From an uncultured Thermofilaceae archaeon (GTDB lineage Archaea; Thermoproteota; Thermoprotei; Thermofilales; B69-G16): a stretch of DNA of 64,000 bases. Positions 30,075 through 38,101 of this stretch are shown one piece after another. Every line of letters begins with the position of its first letter. The stretch's first letter is position 1. A program made the translations under genes and the position numbers. The stretch spans positions 11,342 to 75,341 of the forward strand of contig CAZCTW010000009.1 in the NCBI GenBank assembly GCA_964501905.1. The letters run 5' to 3'. The notes under the pieces were generated by a model. That model was not told where the DNA came from and did no database searches. It was given only the letters and a program-made list of their open reading frames with translations.

Positions 30075-31094
30075 TTATTGTTTGGTCCATCGTCCGTTTA
30101 TTTTTTTGTATAGTTTTTTCCATTTTTCTGCTGCTGTTTTTGTGTCGTATTTTTGTAGTAGGGTTAGTGCGTCTTGGAGTTTTTGTTGTTTGCGTTTTAT
30201 TTCGAATCCTATTTGTTGGGTGTATTTTTTGATGTCGTTTTTTCGGTAGATTACTAGTTGGTATGTTTCTTTGACTTTTACTTTCATGTTTTTTATTATG
30301 ATTTCTTCGTTTTCTTTTCGTACTTTTCTCCAGTGGCAGTGTATGTTTTTTAGTTTCAATAAGTATTCTACGAATTTTAGGAATTCTATGGAGGAATTGC
30401 CTATAGTTATTGCAATGTAAAGTTTGCCTTTGCTCGGAGAAACGCACGGCCCTCCGTCTCCGTCGAATGCTCCTTTTAGGAATTCGTTGGGGTATATGTA
30501 TGCTATGATTTTCCAGAGGTTTATTTTGCAGATGTAGCGTATTGTTGTTCCGTTGTGGTAGACTACGTATCTTCCGTCTTTTGTTTTGGATATTTGGTAT
30601 TTTTTGCCTGTTATTTTTGATAGTTTTTGTGCGTATTTTTCTGCGTAGTCTCGGTCTTTTACTCTTAGTTTTGCTGTGGTGCTTCGGCAGGCGTCTGTGA
30701 GTGCTGTTCCTATTATGTAGCCTAGTTCTGGGGCTGTTTTTAGTGGTGTTGTTCCTGGTTTTGTTTTGCCGGTGATCCACCAGTATATGGTCATTGGTGG
30801 TATTTTGATGCCTAGTTTTTCTTGGAGTTTTTTGGCTATTTTTCTGCGTCCTAGTTTTTTCATGGTTAGGGCTAGTTTGTAGGCTTTGTTGTATAGTAGG
30901 GCTTTTTGTAGTGGTGTGGGTTTGTATGGTATTAGTTCGTTATGATAGATTTTCTCGATTTGGTCTTTGGGGATTTTAGAGCGGTAGATTTTTTGAATTA
31001 TTTTCACCGCGTCTTCTATTTTGTAGCCTGCGGTTTTGAGGAGGAGTACCGCGTCGAAGATTTCAATAGGAATTTTCCTACTCTCCATACTCAT
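30075..31094 (-). CDS. LAGLIDADG-type (double-motif) endonuclease-like protein with N-terminal HTH region
   Basis: 339 aa. Motif 1 LGYIIGTALTDA, motif 2 FLKGAFDGDGG. N-terminal GRRKIAKKLQEKLGIKIPPMTIYWW is HTH-like. Confidence 0.7.
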   Translation of the reverse strand: MSMESRKIPIEIFDAVLLLKTAGYKIEDAVKIIQKIYRSKIPKDQIEKIYHNELIPYKPTPLQKALLYNKAYKLALTMKKLGRRKIAKKLQEKLGIKIPPMTIYWWITGKTKPGTTPLKTAPELGYIIGTALTDACRSTTAKLRVKDRDYAEKYAQKLSKITGKKYQISKTKDGRYVVYHNGTTIRYICKINLWKIIAYIYPNEFLKGAFDGDGGPCVSPSKGKLYIAITIGNSSIEFLKFVEYLLKLKNIHCHWRKVRKENEEIIIKNMKVKVKETYQLVIYRKNDIKKYTQQIGFEIKRKQQKLQDALTLLQKYDTKTAAEKWKKLYKKINGRWTKQ

Positions 31095-31099
31095 CCCCC

Positions 31100-31460
31100 C
31101 TCGCTCTCCGTCTAACAGAGTAGCGGGGTCGTATGGAGAGTCGCTGCTAATCTCTGACGATTTTCAGCCTCCTCGTGTCATCAGAGGCTCGCTGTGGCAG
31201 GGCTCCGCGCCCGCTGGTATGCCGGCCTCCCCTCCGGAGCCCTTCGCGGAGGAGAGGTAGGGGCCGGGCTTTTTGCCCGCTTAAGGCATGGCCTACAAGC
31301 GGGCGTCCGCAAGGCATAGCCTACGCGGACCTGAACCCCCAACCCTTCTCCCTCAACATCGTGGAGGGTTGGGGGTAAAAAAGAGCCCGGCTTTCCCCTC
31401 TGTGATGCGGTGACCCCCTCATTGGCTCGGGGATCCTGCCCAAACCCCAAGGTTTGGGCA
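31100..31460. other. GC-rich, hairpin-dense non-coding block (candidate structured RNA or replication/packaging origin)
   Basis: No credible ORF, only skew-generated shadows. Contains a 10-bp stem CCCCCAACCC/GGGTTGGGGG (31336-75), twin hairpins at 31275-31330, stem GGGCTCCG/CGGAGCCC (31200-41), and a 9-bp hairpin GCCCAAACC-CCAA-GGTTTGGGC (31438-59) 3 nt past the ATPase stop. Confidence 0.4.
31275..31330. repeat. Two abutting hairpins with different stems but near-identical 14-nt loops AAGGCAT(G/A)GCCTAC
   Basis: GCCCGCTT-AAGGCATGGCCTAC-AAGCGGGC followed directly by GTCCGC-AAGGCATAGCCTAC-GCGGAC. Each loop can itself form AGGC/GCCT. Confidence 0.7.
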
Positions 31461-31461
31461 T

Positions 31462-33279
31462 TCATTGGTATATTTGGAGGAGTATGTGCGCTTTTTCTGT
31501 GAGTTTTCCTTTTTCGTTTATGTATCCGTGTTTTCTGAGGGTTTTTCTCTCTTGGAGGGTTGTTTGTCCTTTCTGGTATTTTCTGATTAGGTGTGCTATT
31601 TTCTCCCACTTGTCTACGCGTCTGTGTTTTCTCTGGGGCGGCGTCGGGGTGTATCTGGGTTTTACCTTTATGTGGGCTATTCTCCCTCTCTGGGATGTTA
31701 TGCATTCTCCTGTTTCGAGTTTTTCGATTTTCGCTGTTAGTTCTCTATGTCTGCTGGGGGATAGGGCTTTGGCGGCTATTTCCGCGTCTACTCCGGTGCA
31801 GTGGAAGACCGCTATTGTCTCGGCGTTGTTTATGATTGAGCTGTGGAGGGTGCTGGGGGTTTGGGTTGCGGCTATTATCTTTACTCCGTGCTTCCTCCCC
31901 TCGTCCATTAAACGCTCTAGGAAGGTTTTCGTTTTGAGGAATCTGGGAGCCAGCCTCTGCGCCTCGTCTAGGACCAGCACGGTTTCCATGCTTGGAGGAT
32001 CGTAGTACAGGTTTTGGAGGAGGAACCAGGTGAAGACTGTTTTCTCGTAGTCGGTTTTTAGGCTGGATAGGTCGATTGCATATATTCCCTTGTCCTCGGG
32101 CGGGGGTAGGTTTCTGTTGAAGCACCTACCCGTAAGCCTGGAGAGCCTCCTCTTGACGGCTGCGGCGGCGTTTCTCTCGTCTTCCCTCCTAATATCCATC
32201 GAGGACAGCGCTTCGTACAGGGTTAGGGGGGTTACGGGCAGTCCTAGCTTTTCCACTTGGAGGGCGGCTTTTCTAGCTACTTCATACTGGATTGGGCTGA
32301 ACTCGCTCCTCTGGGTGGTGTAGAAGAGTATCTCCTCTATGCTATCCCATCCGTGGTCGAAGCCTAGCCAGAAGGGGTTTACGTAAACGTCTACGCCGGG
32401 GATTAGCCTATAGCCTAGACCCGCGTATTCCCCGTATCAGTCCAAGATCAGCACTCTCTTCTCTCTGCCCAGCCCCTCCACCAGCCTGGCTATAAACGTG
32501 CTCTTGCCCGAGCCGCTCGCGCCAATCACTAACACGTGGGTCTCCACTTCTATACCGGTGATCCCATTCCTGGTGCAGCCTATTTCAACTCCTTTATCCT
32601 CGTGGTAGGTGGAGCCTCTGACCATAGCGCTGGCCGTCTCCCACACGTACTCGCAGGCCTTTAGCTTCGTCAACTCTTTCGCCCGCCTGCCCCCTAGGGG
32701 GTAGAGCCCGGTCTTTAACAAAACCTTCTTCCCCGTCTTCATCCCCTCTATTACGAGCACGGCGGCTCCCGGGTTTCCATAGGTTTTAATCCTAGAGCCC
32801 ACCTTCAGTTTAGGCAGCTCGGCTAGAGGCTTGAGCTTAAAGCCCATCTGCTCTAGCGCCCAGCGAGGGCTGTAGCCGTCATCTAGGATGAGGTAATGTT
32901 TCTCGAAGGCTATTAGACACCTGTTATCCAGGGTCCTTACGAAGTATAGCCTACACTTCTCGGGCACGTTAAGCTTTAACTCGAAATCCCCGGGAACCCC
33001 CGTTACGGCGTAGATTTCCAGCCGGCATCCCCACAGTCCGTGTGCTCCTCTAAAATACTCCCCGTTCCACCTGTAGCTCAGGTATAAGAGTTTGAGGATC
33101 TTGGGGACTAGGATTGACGAGAGTATGGAGATGATGACTGGCAGGAAGCTAAATCTTATCCACGGCAGGGCTATTATCGAGCCTATGTAGATTATCCAGG
33201 GCGGCATCCTGGTTTTTAAGCCGTTGAGTATTTGCGTTGTTATCTCCTTCAAAGCCTCGAGGGGCATATCCTCAGCCAT
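31462..33279 (-). pseudogene. Membrane-anchored HerA/VirB4-like (DUF87-type) ATPase interrupted by one in-frame TGA
   Basis: ORFs 32437-33279 and 31462-32256 are in the same frame, and 32257-32436 is open. The single stop at 32437-32439 sits in VLILD*YGEY (hhhhDxxGEY motif). Two N-terminal TM helices, Walker A GASGSGKST, Walker B VLVLDEAQ. Confidence 0.75.
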
Positions 33280-33281
33280 GT

Positions 33282-33350
33282 TAGATTTTATCTAAAATAT
33301 TAGAATTTTAATATTTAATATTAACGCTATGTGATCTAAATTTTTTAGAT
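33282..33350. promoter_or_regulatory. AT-only divergent control region with three palindromes
   Basis: TAGAT-TTT-ATCTA (33282-94), TTAATATT-T-AATATTAA (33308-24), ATCTAAA-TTT-TTTAGAT (33334-50). Lies between divergent starts at 33279 (ATPase) and 33381 (wHTH). Confidence 0.5.
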
Positions 33351-33380
33351 TTAAACATAAAATTTATTACTGTTTTCGGC

Positions 33381-33701
33381 GTGTCTGTTATTGTGAAGAC
33401 TTCGGATATAGTTGACGTAGTGGAGAAGATAGGGGATTTGGGGGGTAGGGTGTTTCCCTCCAGTATATCAACGAATACCAAGTATGCTATGGAGAAGATC
33501 GCGAAGTTGGAGGAGCTGGGGCTGGTGAGGAGGGTTAGGGTGGGGAAAAGGAGGGTTTACGAGTTGACCGAGAAGGGGTTGAGGGTTTACGGTTTGATTA
33601 GGGAGATACGCGGGATTGTACGGGGGGAGGGGCCGCCTAGAGGGGAGGAACCCGTTTTTATAAGGAGTAACCCGTGGCTTAAAGCTCTGGGGGAGGGTTA
33701 G
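33381..33701 (+). CDS. Winged-helix transcription regulator
   Basis: 106 aa, GTG start. KIAKLEELGLVRRVRVGKRRVYELTEKG is a wHTH recognition helix plus wing. Confidence 0.65.
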   Translation: MSVIVKTSDIVDVVEKIGDLGGRVFPSSISTNTKYAMEKIAKLEELGLVRRVRVGKRRVYELTEKGLRVYGLIREIRGIVRGEGPPRGEEPVFIRSNPWLKALGEG

Positions 33702-33702
33702 G

Positions 33703-34293
33703 TTGAGGTTGAAGTACGTTAAAATAGGCAGATACGAGTTCAGCAACGTCCACTTATCGTTAATGTACCCGAGCGAGGCGGCTCGGGTTTTCGGTGTTGG
33801 GAAAGACGAGGCTTTGGGGATTATCGAAGACGCTAGGAAGAGCCTCGCTGGTTGGATGCCGGAACCCCTCCCCGTCAAGATAGGCTTAATCGATTATTAT
33901 CTGCCCCCGGGGGTCCACTTGATAGTCGACAGGTATGGTTTATTAAAGGAGTCTATCAGCCCAGCCCCCCTTATAGTGCCCGATTATCTGGACGGGGAGT
34001 TCGTGAAGTACGTGTTTTTCGAGTTGCCGAAGCTCCTAGAGCGAGAGAGGCGCTGCGTGTTTATAGAGGATTTGGACGACCGCTTCACTAGGAGCGTAAG
34101 GCAGGGGTTGCTATATATCACCGATCTTTTAAAGAGGATTTCCGCCGCCTATAACGTTCAAGTGGTGGCGTCCGGCTCGTCCGTGCTCGAAGAGGTTTTT
34201 GAAGGTTGGACTAACGTCTTCACGGTTTACAGGAGAGGCGGGGGGATATACGTTCTAGTAAAGCCCGAAAACATAGTCCGTAAGATCGCGTGA
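33703..34293 (+). CDS. Hypothetical protein, possibly a degenerate RecA/KaiC-fold protein lacking Walker A
   Basis: 196 aa, TTG start, 1-nt gaps to both neighbours. GLIDYYLPPGVHLIVDRYG resembles the pre-P-loop segment of RadB/KaiC but without GxxGxGKT. CVFIEDLDD is Walker-B-like. Confidence 0.35.
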   Translation: MRLKYVKIGRYEFSNVHLSLMYPSEAARVFGVGKDEALGIIEDARKSLAGWMPEPLPVKIGLIDYYLPPGVHLIVDRYGLLKESISPAPLIVPDYLDGEFVKYVFFELPKLLERERRCVFIEDLDDRFTRSVRQGLLYITDLLKRISAAYNVQVVASGSSVLEEVFEGWTNVFTVYRRGGGIYVLVKPENIVRKIA

Positions 34294-34294
34294 G

Positions 34295-35257
34295 GTGGAA
34301 GGCTTGGATACTCCTATCGACGAGCTCCTTAAAGTGCCTGGGATTAGCAGGGTTTTAGTGGGGAAGTTGAAGAGTATTGGGCTGGAATACCTAGAGGACC
34401 TCGTCTTGTTCAATCCCGAGGAGCTGGTTGAAAGGGCTGAAATAGCGGATCTCCGTAAAGCCGAGTTCTTGATAAAATCGGCTAGGAAGATTTTAGGGAG
34501 GAAGAGGAGGAGCTTAACCGCTAGGGAATACCTTAGGTTGATGGAGTCCAGGGAGTTCTTCACGACGCTCGTAAAGGCTATAGACGGGCTTTTAGGCGGA
34601 GGCATTAGAGTTATTGACGTCTACGAGTTCGCCGGAGAGTTCGGAACGGGTAAAACCCAGCTGGCCCACCAGTTGAGCGTTACCGTTCAACTGCCGCCGA
34701 GCAGGGGAGGTCTTGGGGGTAAGACGGTCTATATCGATACCGAGGGGACCTTCAGCCCGGAGAGGATATATGATATAGCCGAGGGGCTCGGGTTAAGCGA
34801 TGCTTTAGACAACGTTTTCGTTGCGCGTCCCGTCAACGTGCTCGAGCTCGAAGACGTGGTTATAGAGGATCTGCCTTCTCTCATACGCAGAGGGGTTAGA
34901 CTCATAGTTATCGACAGCATTATAGCTCTATACAGGGCGGAGTTTAAGGGTTTGGAAATGCTGGCTTATCGCCAGCAGAGGATTAACTATCTCATAGATT
35001 GGTTGAAGAGGTATAGCTATAGGTACCAGTTGGCCGTCGTGTACACTAACCAAGTGTTAAGCCAGCCCGTGCCTTGGGGTTTTGCCTATAAAGTGCCAGC
35101 CGGAGGGAATATTATAGCGCACGCCGCTACCCACCGTTTTCTCTTGAAAAAGACTGGCTCCGAGTGGGTTATGGAGTGTTTAGATAGTCCTACGATTCCA
35201 AGAGGAAAAGCGGCGAGGTTCAGAATCACAAAGCATGGATTGAGGGATGTCGAGTAA
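34295..35257 (+). CDS. radA: RadA/Rad51-family recombinase (full architecture)
   Basis: 320 aa, GTG start. N-terminal HhH region (LLKVPGISRVLVGKLKSIGLEYLEDL), Walker A GEFGTGKTQ, TVYIDTEGTF, Walker B LIVIDSI, TNQV, GGNIIAHAATHR. Confidence 0.88.
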   Translation: MEGLDTPIDELLKVPGISRVLVGKLKSIGLEYLEDLVLFNPEELVERAEIADLRKAEFLIKSARKILGRKRRSLTAREYLRLMESREFFTTLVKAIDGLLGGGIRVIDVYEFAGEFGTGKTQLAHQLSVTVQLPPSRGGLGGKTVYIDTEGTFSPERIYDIAEGLGLSDALDNVFVARPVNVLELEDVVIEDLPSLIRRGVRLIVIDSIIALYRAEFKGLEMLAYRQQRINYLIDWLKRYSYRYQLAVVYTNQVLSQPVPWGFAYKVPAGGNIIAHAATHRFLLKKTGSEWVMECLDSPTIPRGKAARFRITKHGLRDVE

Positions 35258-35411
35258 GTCGATAAAGGCTTGACAGCCAAAATAGACCAATATTTGGCTC
35301 TAGGATACCGGTTATTTCTTGAAATGTAGTCTGGGCATTAATCTTGTGTAGAATTTGTTATGATTCTGTTAAACTTAAGGTCCTAGGTAATGAAATATTT
35401 TATGAGTCTTT

Positions 35412-35831
35412 GTGGGAGGAGCCTGTGGTATGGAGGGTAAGTGGAGAAAATTGAGAAATACGGCTTTTGTAGAGGAAGATAAAGTAAAAACTTTTAACGG
35501 CGTATTCTACATAATCTCACTCGGCAAACGACAACTCCTCCACATAAACCTAGTCTTCAACTTTGATAAAATGCATCCAGGAAAATTCAAATTCTACGAA
35601 GAATTTGGTGCCATGTGCGAGGAGAGTGGAGCTTTTAGAGGTTATTATACTATGTTTGTAAGATGTAAGTCTTATTTGAGGGAGTTGTCTAGTCTCGCAA
35701 GTAGGATATACGTCTTCGGCAACCCTAGGACTTTCTCTAGGGATCCCGGTGTTTATGTTGGTTTTGGGGAGTATAGGGGTGTTGTTAGGGTTTTATTCGA
35801 CGATTTTTCAAACTATACTGTTTGTTATTGA
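35412..35831 (+). CDS. Hypothetical protein
   Basis: 139-aa ORF in the island. No confident motif. Confidence 0.3.
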   Translation: MGGACGMEGKWRKLRNTAFVEEDKVKTFNGVFYIISLGKRQLLHINLVFNFDKMHPGKFKFYEEFGAMCEESGAFRGYYTMFVRCKSYLRELSSLASRIYVFGNPRTFSRDPGVYVGFGEYRGVVRVLFDDFSNYTVCY

Positions 35832-35853
35832 AGGTGAAGGGGGGAAGAAATCC

Positions 35854-36084
35854 ATGAAAAAGCACGAGGAGGAGGTTGCGGAGTTTGTCGAGTCTGAGAA
35901 GAGAGAGCCCGGCCCTGTGCGCGGTCCATTTACCTGCTATCTTTTGGATGAGGATTGGGTTGTCGATTTTTTAAACCGGTATATTAGATATGTTAGAGAA
36001 CATATAAACCCAAATGCTGTATTAGGCGCCGATAAGCCTACTCCACAGGGAACAATCCACGTAGGATTAGCGGAGATAAAGTAG
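35854..36084 (+). CDS. Hypothetical protein
   Basis: Internal ATG of ORF 35749-36084, preceded by SD-like GAAGGTGAAGGGGGG. 76 aa, acidic N-terminus. Confidence 0.3.
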   Translation: MKKHEEEVAEFVESEKREPGPVRGPFTCYLLDEDWVVDFLNRYIRYVREHINPNAVLGADKPTPQGTIHVGLAEIK

Positions 36085-36155
36085 GGTTTTAAGAAGGGGT
36101 GTGTCGTGTAGTTTCTGGGGATGGGGTTGTGAAGTCGATTTTCTGGATTTTATGT

Positions 36156-36617
36156 TTATAATTCTCTCCACTTGCCTAGAGGGTTTTCTAGTTTGGGTGC
36201 TTGGTTTTTAAGGGTTGGGTGGAGGAAGTTTTTGTCGTTGGTGTAGGCTATGTCGATTAGATTTTTTAATGGTAGGATGCATAGGTAGTCCCAGATGTGG
36301 ATTCCGGATAGGCTACTGAGCTTTAAAGCTTTTTTGTAGTATTTTTTTAACATTTATTATCACGGTTTTCGAATTGCCGGATATTTTCTCGAGGATTTCC
36401 AATGCATTTTTGTCCATTTTTATGCCTCTGAATATAGAACGTGGAGGAGTTCGGCTAGCTGATGCGTAGTCAGATATATAGTGTGATTGATAAGCGAGTT
36501 TTCTAGCCGTGTTGTACATTAAGACGGTTTCTTCATATGCTTTTTCATTCTCGAATTTCACGCGTAGAGGTTTTTAAATGAGTAAACCCATATCTGTGTA
36601 TCAATGAAAACGTTCAT
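36156..36617 (-). pseudogene. vapC: Frameshifted PIN-domain toxin (vapC)
   Basis: MNVFIDTQIWVYSF (PIN N-terminal Asp) stops after 19 aa. It continues in other frames as ORFs 36313-36561 and 36156-36353 (..IAYTNDKNF, C-terminal PIN Asp). Confidence 0.55.
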
Positions 36618-36626
36618 CTTATTCAC

Positions 36627-36863
36627 CTATATCATCGTAATCGTACTCTTCGAAGTAGTCTTCCTGGCCGCCGCTAGCCTTAACTCTCTAAGAATCCTTA
36701 ACAAACCTAGCGTGTTTTCACCAAGTTCTCTAACCGGTCTAATTACTAGTTCTCTTCCTCTAATCTTCAGCTCTACTTCGTCTTCATCTCTAACCCCCAA
36801 AGTCTGTAATAGTTCTTTCCCCAGGTAAACCTGTCCTGTGTGGATGCGCCTTCTAACGGGCAA
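36627..36863 (-). CDS. vapB: AbrB/SpoVT-type antitoxin (vapB)
   Basis: 78 aa. GQVYLGKELLQTLGVRDEDEVELKIRGRELVIRPV is a swapped-hairpin AbrB motif. Its stop lies 9 nt before the vapC ATG. Confidence 0.65.
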   Translation of the reverse strand: MPVRRRIHTGQVYLGKELLQTLGVRDEDEVELKIRGRELVIRPVRELGENTLGLLRILRELRLAAARKTTSKSTITMI

Positions 36864-37258
36864 AGTATCACCAACTACTACTAAATATTTACCTGTCTCC
36901 CAAAGCTTCTTTGACTCAAATATAGGTTTGGAAAATAAGTTTGAAAGGTGAGAGTGAGAGGTATCTAGTATTTGTAAGTGTAGTTCGTAGGTGGAGATTT
37001 AGAGGAGGTTGCTAAAGACTCTATAAACGAGTTGAAGATATGGCTTATAAACAACGGCTATGTAAAACCCGATGGCATAATGTTGATAGATGGCTCTACC
37101 CGTAGAGGTTTAAAAGGTGCTGTGGTCTATGTGGAACTTTATAATTAGTAACTTTGTTGATTACACTGAGATGGTGGTATAGATGCCTATGGGGTTCTGG
37201 TACGTGTAGGATGGAACAAACGTGTTACTACTTTCGAGCGCGCGTGGGGGTGTGAGTT

Positions 37259-37945
37259 ATGATTTGTCGTAGGAGAGGTCTTCTGGTCGTTGCGGTTTGG
37301 TTTTGGTCTTTTCTGGGGGTTCCTGTAGTGGCTTTGTTTATCGCTTGTATTGAGGGAGTGGCGCCTACTGTCAACGGGATTATGGGTATGCTGAGTAGGG
37401 AGCCCTATCTAGCTTCGTATATTGAGTTCGCTTGTTGTGGTGGGTTGCCATTAGCCGTAACTCTGCTATGTAGGGAGGATTTCGTAATTTATGGTTTAAG
37501 GAGGGAGGGTTTGGTGAAGAGCCTGCTATTATCGTCGATACTTGCTGTGTTCAAGATTACACTTAGACTTCTGAGTGGGGGATTTAGGTTTGTTAGTTTT
37601 AACCTACCATTTCCACTTAATCTATGGTATGCCTTTTTCGGAGTTTTCGCTTATGGACCTTTAGAAGTGTTTTTCGTCGTATGGCTTATCGTCAATACAG
37701 ATCGTATATTTGGAAGTTTAGAGAGGATGGTCTCGCCGGGCCTGATAATAACAGTGCTGGTCTTCGGATTGTCTCATGTAGTATTCTCACCAGGAGGCGG
37801 ACTGGTAAACGCTATCAGTGTAACGATAACCTTCTTTATTCTAGGATTGATATATAAGTACACGGGAAACTCGATAGGGCCGATGATTGCTTGGACGTTA
37901 ATGAACGGGTTCATACCATACCTAGTAATTGGTTGTCTAACGTAA
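37259..37945 (+). CDS. CPBP/CAAX-like intramembrane protease family protein (possibly degenerate)
   Basis: 228 aa, multi-TM. FGLSHV (FxxxH) is present, but the EExxxR and HxxxN motifs are imperfect (PLEVFF; AWTLMN). Confidence 0.45.
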   Translation: MICRRRGLLVVAVWFWSFLGVPVVALFIACIEGVAPTVNGIMGMLSREPYLASYIEFACCGGLPLAVTLLCREDFVIYGLRREGLVKSLLLSSILAVFKITLRLLSGGFRFVSFNLPFPLNLWYAFFGVFAYGPLEVFFVVWLIVNTDRIFGSLERMVSPGLIITVLVFGLSHVVFSPGGGLVNAISVTITFFILGLIYKYTGNSIGPMIAWTLMNGFIPYLVIGCLT

Positions 37946-38101
37946 CATTGGAAATCTACTACTTTTATCCCAAATAAACCTCTAAAAGGAGGGATGATAG
38001 CTTTTAATAGGCGTTATAGGAATTAGATAACTGATCACCTGTTTTAAAGATAATCTTGCCTCCAAGATAGAGGGGATTGTTTACGGAGGTTGGTGGAGAT
38101 A

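Noticed and set aside
29746-30249. ORFs running through tRNA genes (29746-29946, 29776-30249; likewise 40010-40231 and 47070-47267), considered as split SSV-type integrase halves
   Set aside because: The translations show no tyrosine-recombinase R..HxxR..Y pattern. They are explained by the GC-rich tRNA sequence lacking stop codons.
31119-31127. AGCGGGGT matching the 5' end of tRNA-iMet, considered as an att-site remnant
   Set aside because: The match is only 8 nt with no extension. That is expected by chance in GC-rich DNA.
31150-31195. C/D-box-like CTGATGA...CTGA on the minus strand
   Set aside because: Only one box pair with a 10-nt spacer. There is no C'/D partner, and it is embedded in a stem region.
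31100-31460. Identity of the GC-rich block as RNase P RNA, SRP RNA, an rRNA fragment or a group I/archaeal intron housing the LAGLIDADG gene
   Set aside because: None of the universal motifs I know are present (GAGGAAAGUCC / ACAGAA for RNase P; helix-8 GNAR/AGCA pattern for SRP; conserved 16S/23S strings). No flanking exon context exists.
30052-32125. Long ORFs encoding K/R/N/T/P/Q-rich low-complexity 'proteins' (30052-30780, 31181-31705, 31745-32125; also 28567-28887 and the plus-strand ORFs 31036-31378, 31454-32005)
   Set aside because: They overlap better-supported genes in other frames. They are what an A/C- or G/T-skewed sequence yields when read out of frame. No motifs were found.
32437-32439. 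In-frame TGA read as selenocysteine or a reassigned codon
   Set aside because: Many clearly complete genes in the window terminate with TGA (e.g. argS, the MEMO-like gene). The aligned motif position is not a Cys/Sec site. I see no SECIS-like element that I could justify.
35412-35831. Possible HUH rolling-circle Rep (FYIISL ... LLHINLVF ... SYLRE) that would fit the ssDNA-type skew
   Set aside because: The motif spacing is wrong (motifs 1 and 2 are only ~10 aa apart). The second His/Gln and the Y..K motif are not convincing. Left as hypothetical.
36870-37258. Short open frame GGDLEEVAKDSINELKIWLINNGYVKPDGIMLIDGSTRRGLKGAVVYVELYN*
   Set aside because: It has no start codon in frame and stops lie immediately upstream. 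It is probably a gene remnant, with no family recognised.
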